In this document: piece after piece, positions 53,532 through 64,000 of the stretch
How the letters are laid out: each line of letters starts with the position of its first letter
Position numbering within the stretch: position 1 is the stretch's first letter
Source of the DNA: Toensbergia leucococca
Lineage: Eukaryota
DNA length: 64,000 nucleotides
NCBI GenBank assembly: GCA_022813965.1
Contig: JALDZS010000035.1
Span: 1-64,000, forward strand
Direction: 5' to 3'
Notes under the pieces: generated by a model
The model's input: the letters and a program-made list of their open reading frames with translations, nothing else
Database searches by the model: none
Told to the model about the DNA's origin: nothing
Position numbers and translations under genes: made by a program

Positions 53532-55370
53532 CTATTTCATAACCCAACTCGACAGAAGCCTGGGGCCCACCTCGCGACACATAGCCAAGCTGATACCCTC
53601 GCCGCCATGTCCCGGCACTTTGTCTATCTCATGTCCTCTGTTTCCTTGAATGTTTTCCAAAAATCGAATAATGGGACATGTTTTACTATTCTCTTAGGGA
53701 GAACTATGGCGGCAGGATTATCAGCTTGAACTCATTACCCGATATGAGCAAGCGGTATGATCAGGTTTAGCTTTGATGTACACTAGCTCATATCTATCCT
53801 GCTTTTTTGCTAGCTTCAATTATCCTCATCTTGACAAAGAACTCTTCGACTCTCTTCTCGTCTCCCTGCAGTTCCTCCGACGATAGCCTTTGTCTCCCTA
53901 GATTGCTGCTCTTTAAGTCCTGACACTTTGCAGCGCATGTGCTGCGAAGTCCAGCGATTTACATGTCACCTACCTACTTAAAGCTACTCGTTTTATCCTT
54001 GCCGTTTGGATCGATGGATACGGCAATATACTCGTACACTGAACAATCATATTCGTTGTTCTCATTACAAAACTTGTCATGTGTTCCTGCCACTGTCCTA
54101 TTGCACCTTCACCTGTCAACCTACTCTATACACCTCGGCAATGACAGCGAAATATTATCATTCCTTTCTTTTTCCCATTCTATGGAATGATTCGCTTCCC
54201 CCAACATGACACTTACCTGACCCAAGCTCGATCGCGCTGACACAATATGCAATCGGAGTCGTCGCAGGGGAAGCAAGGTATCTTGTCGGGACTAAGGGTT
54301 TTCAAACCGATTTGCAGATCTGCGATACCCTCTATGGTTTCAGCAAAGTATTACTCCAACACAACCCACTGACACGGTCCAAACGCCATTTGTTCTGTGG
54401 ACTTCATTCTCACCTGTCCGAGTCCTGGATATCGCTCACTTCATCTGTCTGTGGGTAGCACACAGCGCATTCTATTGGTGGTCGTATTCCTAGGAGGCAT
54501 CTGGTGAGGTAGTTCTGTTCTGATGTTTGGATGAAGGTTGCTATTTGTGTGAGACGGATTGGGAAGAGGACAGGCGGTTGGGGAGGAATAGGGTAGGTTC
54601 CTGGAAAGTTCTCCTGCTGGATGGGACTGCTGAATGTGGCGACTGAGCTAGTCTTCACTCTACCTACGACAACTGGAGACCACTGCCTCCTCTCTATTGC
54701 GGCTCGGCTGAATAGCCTAGAGTAGAATCGCCTCTGGGCGCCCCTCATTCATGATAGCTCTTTCGGAAGGACTTGAGAGGACGGGTGGAAGTACGTTCTT
54801 TTGTATTGGAAAAGAACTTTGTTCTTTTTTTCAAGTGGTTTGAGGGGATTGGGTTGGGGAGATGAGCTATGTAGAAACATGGATGCTTTTTTAAACAGAT
54901 GATTAGCCAGTAGATGGACACCTTCCTTGTCCTTAAAGGTTGGCTCCAAGATTTACCATCTGTTTTCTTATCTTTTTGAGCCATGAAGTCTTTGCTGCGA
55001 GGCCTTATTGAAATCGTACTGTCCGCCAACAGGAAAAGAAAGAAAAGCGTTACCCGAAATTAAGCTGGGGTGCGGATGTGTTTGGCGTAGAATTTGGGTT
55101 GGGCTTTTTTGTTTCTGCTCCTGTCCCAAGAAGACGAAGATGATGTTTTATGCTCGGCGCCTTGGAATTAGCATTCAACGAGGCCTGAATAGTAGGGAAA
55201 TGAAGGAAGCTATGTATAAAGCCTCGACCAGCGCAGACGAAAATGTAAGAGTAAGCAGCCAAGATCAAAGGTACGGTCAAATAGATTATTTAAGAACCTT
55301 CCATGCCCATAAGAAGATAAACATGACCTCCAACTCCTCCACCATCCACAGCGGGAAAAAAAACCATCAC

Positions 55371-55835
55371 CTACTCCCCGCCCCCGCCTTCCCGCTCCTT
55401 CTCCTTCTCCTTCTCCGCAATATGTTCCAGCAACCTCGTCACAAACCCCAAGCTATACCCACTATCCGCCCACTCAAAAAACCTCTCCACGGCAGCCCCA
55501 TCCGCACTCATATGCATCACAATCATATTGTCGTAGCGATACTCGCCGATGTCCGTCACGGCGCTGCTGCTCACGCGCATGGCCACCTTGCGCGCCGCGG
55601 CGTCTTCGACCGTGTCGAGGACCGTGAGCCGGAAGTCGCGGAAGGCGGCCAGGACGGGCTGCAGGAAGGCGGCGTATTGGGCGTTGGTGAGCGGAGGTAG
55701 GTTGTGTTGGGAGGGGAGGACTTGGTGCGTGCAGGTTGGGGAGCGGACGGCGAGGAGGGCGTCGAGGGTCCAGGTGTTGTAGGCGGCGATGACGCGGTGG
55801 GCGGTTTGGAGGGAGGGGGAGGGGGAGAGGGCCAT
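55371..55835 (-). CDS. SnoaL/NTF2-like fold protein (AusH/AusJ-like)
   Basis: AYNTWTLDALLAVRSPTCTHQVLP...VEDAAARKV...TDIGEY...ERFFEWADS fits fungal SnoaL-like proteins. GC-rich codons; ATG at 55835. Confidence 0.8.
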   Translation of the reverse strand: MALSPSPSLQTAHRVIAAYNTWTLDALLAVRSPTCTHQVLPSQHNLPPLTNAQYAAFLQPVLAAFRDFRLTVLDTVEDAAARKVAMRVSSSAVTDIGEYRYDNMIVMHMSADGAAVERFFEWADSGYSLGFVTRLLEHIAEKEKEKEREGGGGE

Positions 55836-56967
55836 TGTGGGTGTGGTGGTGGGGTTTGTGTGGTTTTGATGGGGTGGTGTTGTAAGAGGGTGGAATGGGG
55901 AATTGTGACTGGTGGTTAGCAAGCTACATGGTTGGTCGACTTGTTTACTTGCGAGTACCCATTTGGTGGTGAGGTCGTATCGTACCATGGCTCATGGCTC
56001 GCGTGACCTACTATCTGAGACTGAGAGACTCGCTGATAAAAACTTGGTCTCCCCGATCCGCCGTAGAGCTGAGTGCCTCTGTCCCTGAAGCCCTATCCTT
56101 TTTCTTTCTTGAGAACAGGCGAGACATCCCCAGCTGCCAAAAATCAAAGAAGAAAACATTCCGTCATCGGACATCATGCAGTTCCATATCGAACAAACAA
56201 ATTCTTACTGAAAAACAGCACCATATTCAGATATATGAAATTTTGAACCACCACATACATCCCTTGGCTGAATCCTTCTACTTCATATCACTTCGGAGTA
56301 TCTTACAACTTCGGCAAAACAGAAAGAAATCATCGTTTCCCTCCATTGTGTTCTTTTGCTCAAGGTCATTTGATGAATCTTTTTTTCTATTTTTACAGAA
56401 GCTACGAGTAGGTAATCTAAAGAATGAGCATCTCACCATTGAACTTGGCTGTCCTCTTGCATTTGCATGTCTTTCAGCTCAAGTGGAATATAAAATTACA
56501 CGAAGAGAAACTGGGCCGATTTCACAATGCTTTGCAGCCAATTATGGAAGCCTTGTCTGCATGAAACGAAAAATCTTACAAATGAAGGGTGATTGTGTTG
56601 GCAATGGGAGGGCAAAGGGAGAGCAACACCCTTGTCGTTTCAAAAGCTCTTCAGTCATTTTTGATGAAAACTCGAGTATTATAGATTGGGAAAAGCGTGA
56701 ATAGAGACATTCTCATGGTGAGAGTGGAATTGCTATTAAAACCCTCATTGCAAGCACACGTCTGGAGTAAAGCATTGCTACTCGTAAGAAAAGCCGACTT
56801 TTCTCTACTCCCACTCGTGGGCAGACAGATTATCCCAAATCCTGAACCTCTCAACTTCCTATCGCCTGACACATCAACATGCCTTTCCTTTCCTTTCCTT
56901 CTAAGTGGTCGTGACTTGGTTGACTTCCTAACGTCGAGTATCGTGACGTTGTTTCTACCGGCCCGCT

Positions 56968-57582
56968 TTACTGGCAAGAAATGGTTCCGTCTGGGCGTTT
57001 ACGATATCTCCTTCCGTTGAACACGACCGTTGAGTGCCCTATCCACCCGGCCAGTTTGATGGCTTGATCCTCATCCGTGGCTCCTAGAACCTCGATTTGA
57101 AGAAAGCCGGCACGTCGACCAATTTTGACCCAAATAAAATAACCGTACCAGATTAGACACGTCAGATCCTGTGTCTCGTCCGTGACGTTAAATCTCACGA
57201 AGGAAGTCGTTTCGGGCATTTTGAGAATCGCATACCCCCATTCCATCCCCTGGAATTCAAGTCCGGTTCCAGAGAAAGTGAGGTCGAAAGAGTGGATTTG
57301 GTTGGCGAGGTTTTCTTGCTGCTGCAAAAATCTGTCTAGATTTTCTGGCTTGGAGAAGCAGTAAATCGAGTTCTCGCGCTTCCAGAAGGCGCAGAAATTC
57401 GGAAGTCGAAGAAGCACTGAGCGATCCACGTAGGAAAATGAGCTGCGTAGGACTTCATTGATGCCGGAACTCGTTCTAGTATTGTCCATAGGGTAATGCT
57501 TGAATGGCCCGAGGACATGGACGTGAATTTTGTCTCTCAACTCGAGTGGGAGGCCTAGCAGAGTGGGTTTCGATGCATTCAT
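56968..57582 (-). CDS. Hypothetical protein with F-box-like N-terminal motif
   Basis: 204-aa ORF starting PTLLGLPLELRDKIHVHVL. Confidence 0.6.
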   Translation of the reverse strand: MNASKPTLLGLPLELRDKIHVHVLGPFKHYPMDNTRTSSGINEVLRSSFSYVDRSVLLRLPNFCAFWKRENSIYCFSKPENLDRFLQQQENLANQIHSFDLTFSGTGLEFQGMEWGYAILKMPETTSFVRFNVTDETQDLTCLIWYGYFIWVKIGRRAGFLQIEVLGATDEDQAIKLAGWIGHSTVVFNGRRYRKRPDGTISCQ

Positions 57583-58645
57583 TGCTTAGGATTACCAGGA
57601 GTACGATTAAAGAAGAACTAGTCAAAGACCTGTCGGTGGTAGACCGTGTATTAAGTAAAGAGGTGTGTTTATTTGCTTTGAGAAGACAGGTAGAATGATA
57701 TTGAGATAGCAGAGAGCCAGTAAAGCGATTTGAGCCGTGGGCGTTGAATAACAAGAGGCTAGAGCGAATTTCTACATACGGAGGGGAAAGGTTTGGCCTC
57801 TCGACTCCACGGACACCTATCCACACATGACCATGGACCTGGAATATTGATTGGAAGCACTCATTCATGACTGCCGTCTTCTGGTTCTTTTCAAACGCCC
57901 GATTCCTTTGTTCTTGGTAGCTACAGATAGCTGATGCTCACCCATAGAGATTATTGTGCGTGATCCCACTTCAAGACACCATCATGAAGTGAGTGACACA
58001 AGAGCATACGCAGCAATTGAGTGGAGACTATGGAATCACGTGAATCGACAACTACTCAACAATGCTCCTGAATAGAGATACGCAAAGGACTTTGCAGCTA
58101 TACAATACAGCATTGAGAGAGGAAGAGAGAGGCAGAGAGACGGTTTATTCTCAGCACTGGAGACCAGACACGGCGCAGCATAGCAAATTCGCTCAAGATG
58201 TACATATGAGGACTGAGGTTCTAGACAACAATGTAGAGCTTTGGGATATGAAGAACTACAAATGAGCATGACGAGTTTGGCTTACATGCAGTATTGATCG
58301 ATACCCCGACGTCCAGGTGAGTGGTGAAGGGTGAAGGGTGAAGAATTGGTCAAAGGGTGGCATCTGATGTGCTACAAAATTACTCGTACCTTGCCTCACT
58401 CCTCCAACGTAGATTGTACGTTCATGGAACAACGGCGCCGACGGATTATTACAATGATCCCATGCCGAAACCCTAGACTCTATTCGCATCGTCCCACGGC
58501 CTTATTAAAACAACTAATACCTTTACATTGTCTTCCTCTCACCATCTCTCTCTTATACCTGCCTTAGTCTGCGTTACTCATCTCACCCAGATATCTAGGA
58601 GAAGATACTATTTGGATATGGTGACTTCATATGCTCATCTATAAT

Positions 58646-59256
58646 GGGTGGTGATACATGTACACCCCCTTTTGATAACTGTACACCCCCCCCGCCCTTG
58701 GGCGCAAGATCACTGAGGGAAATCTTATCATTCTGCAACACATTTCGCCTCGATTCCCCACCACTATGCAAGCTATTTACTTGTTCCATTTGCGTGCTAT
58801 CTAGAAGCCAAAGTACCTAGGAGAAAAACCATGCTTTTGTACCATATCCTGACTTGATTCCCTCACCCCCGGGCGCACGATCACCTCCCTGGGCGCAAAA
58901 ATATTGTGATTCTGAATCACCTCCTTTCAAAGTCATGAGGCACCCTATTATCTAGAGGAACTCTACCTCGCCCCCCTCTAGGTGAGGGTTCGGGTTCATG
59001 AGGTGGAGGTAGATTGAAATCCATGGTATTGCGCCCTGGGTGAAGAATTAAGTGGAAATGTGATACAATATCAGGATGATTCCCTAGGTAATTTGGCTTC
59101 TAGATGGCACGCAAATGGGACAAGTAAATGGCTTGCAAAGTGGTGGGGAATCGAGGCAAGATGTGGTGCAGAATGATAAAATTTCCCTCAGTGATATTGC
59201 GCCCGAGGGGTGTTGGTGGGAGAAGGTGGGGGGGGGGTGTACACGTATCACCAGCC
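58646..59256. mobile_element. Foldback-type non-autonomous element (element B), 611 bp, related to element A
   Basis: Ends GGGTGGTGATACATGTACACCCC and (reverse complement) GGCTGGTGATACGTGTACACCCC. Arms remain alignable for >200 bp. 58764-58854 is 81/91 identical to 16881-16971. No TSD found. Confidence 0.82.
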
Positions 59257-59285
59257 AAGTACGAATGGCAAACGCGGTTATATAA

Positions 59286-59750
59286 CCCATCGTCCGTCAC
59301 TCGGGTGTCTTAATTAGCGTACTCGCGTAACAGGGGTGTTCTATTGGTCAGATCATGATTTCTATTCAAATAATTATCTTTCTCGGTGCCATTTATTGAA
59401 ACAAAGCGTTTCTTCACAGGGAGAAGTATTTTGTACGTTACAGTCAGAGGCCTGAAGGCTCTGCCGTTCAAATCAAGCTAAGTTCTATTCAAAATTCATT
59501 GTTTCCGTGACTCAGACCCTTATGTGCGCTTACAAGGTGTGAGATGACTTAGAAAAGGCATGGGAGCAGGTATATGAAAGAGCAGAAAAATCCTCTGCAT
59601 CTGAGCATTAATTGTATACCTGATGGGGGTCATATTCAGGCTGATCAAGTTGATATTTACTCTAATACAACTCTGTATCTGAACGTAAATACACGCCAAG
59701 TCACCCTAAGCAAGGTAAATATTAAGCGAAAGCGAGTGACGGACGATGGG
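59286..59750. mobile_element. piggyBac-like MITE, 465 bp, perfect 18-bp TIRs, ATAA TSD
   Basis: CCCATCGTCCGTCACTCG (59286-59303) and CGAGTGACGGACGATGGG (59733-59750). ATAA is directly repeated at 59282-59285 and 59751-59754. Confidence 0.85.
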
Positions 59751-59817
59751 ATAAACTCCGATTCGTTTCAATCAAACAGTAAACACACGTTCATCAACAG
59801 CACAGCATCAGATAAAG

Positions 59818-60394
59818 ATGGCTCAGCTTCAAGCTCAACCCAATTATGTTGATATTATCGGCCAGCTGTGTGATGAGATCGGTCAGCTGCGTGATGAAAT
59901 GCGTCAATCGGCTACACGAATGACAGAGCGATTTGACTCCCTTCAAACTGAGATGATTACTATGAGAGCTGCTGTCACTACTGTTCAAGCTGATATCACA
60001 ATCATTCAAGCTGATATCAGTGCCATTCATACTCAATTAGATGCCAGGTAATATTCCTGTGCTTTTCTTTAGCTTTACGAACTCACTATTTCTATAGCGA
60101 GGGCAATGCTATTGCTAGACTCTTCAATTCTACTATCAATAATCCACAAACGCCCTTCCAGCCTCTTCAAAACCGTCACAATATGCCTGTGCAAAGCTTT
60201 CCAGAAAATGGTGAGGCACTGTCAAATCTCAGCCGTGAGGAACATGACTCTCTATTCCGGATCTAGTCTAACATGATACAGCTACCGAACTTACAACCAT
60301 TCTTCGAGAATACAATCTCTCCAATGATGGCAGTGTCATTGACAAAAGAAAGCGGTTGGCGCAGTATATTGGTGTTGTGGTGCAGGTTTTCTGA
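59818..60394 (+). CDS. Coiled-coil protein with Mug135-like C-terminal domain, 3 exons
   Basis: Splicing two introns gives coiled coil + EGNAIARLFNST...FQPLQN...VQSFPENGEALSNLSPTELTTILREYNLSNDGSVIDKRKRLAQYIGV, the Mug135_C (DUF1773) pattern. Exons 2-3 are absent from the ORF track. Confidence 0.78.
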
Positions 60395-60707
60395 GGACAA
60401 GGATTGAGCTGTCAGAACACCGGAAAACGGATTCTGTTTGTCAAAATCCCCTGAGATCCATCAAGTAATTGAAGAAGTTGTAAGGGTAGGTACCTTTCAA
60501 ATTTCAAAAGCGCATACTCCAACAACGTCGAATAAGAAGAAACCTTGAGTGAACAATGATTTATAGAGTGCGTAACGGATATCGTCCCCTGAAAAGCCCA
60601 AAACGCCACACGGATGCTAACGCTTATGCCGACAGACGTACGAGTATGTATAATCGAATGGCTGGAAATTAGCCTTGACAAAACCTGCAAACCAAAAAAA
60701 GCATCCG

Positions 60708-63700
60708 TCAACCCGGCTTTCGGAACGACTCGACTCCGAGCGTAGGCGTCTCGACCCATTGATTCCCTGGAACCCCCTCTGCTTTTCTTCTTTCAAAGAA
60801 ATTTTGACACTCGATCACGATGATCGCCCATTCCGCCAGCGCCCTCCCTGCATATTTGCTAGGCCCAACAGCAACACCTTCCGGCTTGCAAGGCTTGAAT
60901 TCATGGGGCTCGGCTCGTCGGGATTGCAGGAACATTTGGGCAGGAAGAGGAAGTCTAGGTGGATATAGTCGGCGATCTTTGCAGTAATTGTTTGAACGAT
61001 CTACCCATTCTAGGGAGAATTTGAAAGAGTGGTTGCGATGCTGTGGTACGGTTCGTACGACATCGCTCATGGGAGCTTCTGACGCCATGTTCTTTACCCG
61101 ATTTTTGTCCGAGGCAATTTTGGAGGCCTTGCGATACTCTGCATCATTCGCGGCCGATGAGGCTGAACTAGTGCTAGAAGTGTTCGATTTGGCAAATAAT
61201 CCCCATCTCTTTTTGCCTCCAACCAGAGATCGATTCTCTTCCGCGTTTGACACAGCATGTGTTGCACTTCCCTGTGAGAGCGACTCCAACGACCCATGCC
61301 TCTCATAGGCAGTCGCCTGATTTGGAGACGATGCAGGCAGAATACCATCAAACGAGACAAACATTCGGCCTGGCATCGGCTGCATATCATTTCTTACAAT
61401 CAGAAGCCGACGCCCTGGCGCTTCGCAACATGGAGCCGTCGAGGGACGCATCAGGCCGTTTCTTTCAGTACAATCTTGATGATATAAATAGTGACACCAT
61501 GTGCTCTTTAATCGGGTAGAGAGGGTCTCTAAAATGGTCCTGTGAGATAGATAAGATGTGAGCGTCGAATCGGTGATGCAAGGAAATTACTCACACGTCC
61601 AAATCCGAGCCTTCACCATCTAATCTTGCAATCTTCCAGCATAAAATATGCATGAAATAAGATCTGACCATGGGACACCAGTGATTGAATTGCCTTTGGA
61701 AGCTCTCTTCACTCAATAGCCATTCCACACAGATCACTCGCTTCCTATCTTCATCACTGGTGATGATGCCCCAAAGGCTGTAAAGAAACGCACACAGTCG
61801 AATATCGGTCATGCTATTCTGGCTCTCCATCATCTGACCACAGACCTCAAGCCAAAATGACCAGTCTACAACTGGCATCGTGGGATCTATGGTTTGGCGA
61901 TAGCGGACTAGGATTGTAATTGCCTCTTCCATGAAATCACATAGTGTGAAACATGCATTGTGATTGAAAATCGATGTTTGTCGTGCTGCAGCTTTTAGCA
62001 ATCCGCCAAAAGTCTCAGCAAAGATGTTTTGAGCCTTCTCCGTAACCACCGGGGATCCTGACAAAAAATCTCTCAAAAACATAATGAGCCTATTCTCAGC
62101 CATGCTTCGAACAACATTGGCAGGCGGTAGAGGAAGTGCAGTAGCAGATGCATCCGCATCTACTAATATATCGTCGAAAGTCACTGCTGGCGATGCATCG
62201 AAGTGTTCCAATACCGGTTGACCACCTGTGCGATGTATGGTTGCATCTAAAACTGTAAGGATCTGTGCCTGGATCAATGCGTAAGCTGGCACGCATAGTC
62301 TTTCTTCGCCATCAAGTTCATCAGGGAGGAATTGGCAAGCTAAAATGTGGTAGTACTTTGCGAACACAAAGAACAGATCAGTATCTCGGCCCGCCCATCG
62401 ACCCACCCAAGGTCCATGCCATGGTATATAAGCAGTGCCAAGTGGTACTTGGGGCCGGCGCCTTAGGCTCCTCATCATCAATGGTAATGACTTGAACGTT
62501 AAGCTTTGTGTACACAAGGGGAACACACAAGCAATTTTTTCTGAGGAGGAACTCAGATCTACGTTTTGATTGTCGCTGTTCTCCGCCACTACTCGTCGTA
62601 GAGTCTTCAGTGGTATTGCCCAAAGTCGAACTAGCATATCTGCAACCCCTTCGCAGTAGAAGAAAGCATACGCAGTTGCCTTGCCACAAAAGGCTACAAC
62701 GCTAGCTGGAACATTTCGAATTGACATCTTGTCCACCACGAATGCCATCTGCGCCAGAAGGTTCTGCTGAAACGTATTCCTAACGTTATGAAAGACAGAA
62801 GAGGCGAGAAACTCTGATGTCGTAGAAACTAAAGACGTAGTGGATCGTGACTTTAAAGAAGGTTGCCTTGATCTCTCTGGCTGGGCTGCAATAGGCAAAG
62901 CTTGCAGAGTCCATTCAGGTCTGACCATAAGTCCAGTAACAGCCTCAAGAATCGTTGGTCTATCATTTCCGGAGACCGATTCGCCGTGTCTACCGTTGAG
63001 CATTTCGAGCAAGCCGGTCCACCACTTGTTAAGGATATTGATACGTCTATCCAAGTCTTCGGGCCTCAAATTTTTGTTAGAAGGGTGCTCGGCATGATTC
63101 CTTAAGAAAGGAAGAAGTGCAGAGCGGACAACGGCAGTTTTCAAAGTGCTGGGCTTGGACTGGAATCTGTAATAGATCAGAGAAGCAGATCTACAACCCA
63201 GAATGTGAAGCTTACTTTTGAAATTCTCCGTCGAGAGCTCGGAAAATATTCCACAGTTCGTCCTTCTTACGTGATGATTCTAGACCAATGCCTTGCAATC
63301 GCTCGGAGGACATGGACCTTAGGGAAGCACTTGTCATCCCTAGCTGTGACTGTGATTGATTTTGTAGCAGCCAAGGTAGTCTGTCTGTCGAGAAGGATTT
63401 AGGAATTAAAGGCACCGGGTGGCTGCTATCAAAATCTGGCTCAGGCAGTGCTTTCCCGAGAAAAGTACTTAGTGGCCGTCTTGGTTTCTTGCCCAGAGCC
63501 GTGCCCCTCCTGCTTGGAGGATTCACAATGCCATTTGTTTTCCCATCTCGAGATTCGCCCTTCTTATCCACAGCAGATCTTGATTTAGACCTCGCAAGGC
63601 TCGAACTATCAGGTGCGCCCTCATTACCACTTATTGGTTGTCTCTTGCTAGGAGACGGCGAACGCGAAGCCGAGATCCAAGATTTCCGAGCAAAACTTGA

Positions 63701-64000
63701 AAGAGAGCCTGAGACAGACCGCACTTTGCTCTCTCGGTTGACGGTAGCATTCTTGACTTCGGGGTTTGGCAGACTGGCATGGTCATCTCCAATTCGATCT
63801 GGCGCAAGGGTGAATTTTGAGACGGTAACCTTGGGACTGATTTTTGAGCGAGCAGACTTACGTCTACCTAAGCCTTTGTTCCCGTTTATAAATGGAGTTT
63901 TTTTGTTTTCCTCATCCAGAGGTTGCTTCAGAGACGATCGTCTTTCCAAAGGTTCGTCACCATTCGTGAGGGCATTCTCGGAAAAGTTGCGCTTCAATCC
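60708..64000 (-). CDS. DUF1765 family protein (5' part lies outside the window), at least 3 exons
   Basis: LLPFLRNH...RRINILNKWWTGLL, PWVGRWAGRDTDLF, FNHWCPMVRSYF, YAGRALAEW...FFERRKAEGVP...VETPTL. Confidence 0.88.

Noticed and set aside
55008..56704. Plus-strand ORFs of 230 and 236 aa
   Set aside because: The first is largely antisense to the SnoaL gene. The second has atypical composition and no motifs.

Overview
Gene-dense, intron-containing chromosomal DNA from a filamentous ascomycete (Pezizomycotina, inferred from protein families and short GT-AG introns). Most of the ~22 genes are conserved: VPS35, a PAQR/IZH receptor, a PCI-domain protein, an SDR, a Ran1/Sks1-like kinase, PRP4 kinase, TMA7, DAP1, a Tre1/Vps70-like M28 peptidase, a sugar porter, ATG11, CENP-H, NHP6 and a DUF1765 protein. 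Accessory genes include a KP4 killer-toxin-like secreted protein, a SnoaL/NTF2-like protein and a Mug135-like coiled-coil protein. The unexplained structure is intergenic: four non-autonomous DNA transposons that the ORF track misses. (1) A Tc1/mariner-type element (95-bp TIRs, TA TSD) splits a bidirectional promoter. (2, 3) Two related long-TIR elements 42 kb apart share GG-N13-TACACCCC termini and a ~90-bp module; one has an 8-bp TSD. (4) A piggyBac-like MITE with a non-canonical ATAA TSD sits in what reconstructs as the TATA box of the Mug135-like gene. Also seen: an isolated 74-nt hairpin inside a decayed inverted repeat, CpG-biased TIR decay, an over-represented TACTCGTA motif and a GC-AG intron. 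No rRNA, tRNA or CRISPR features were found. All family assignments come from motif recognition, not database searches.
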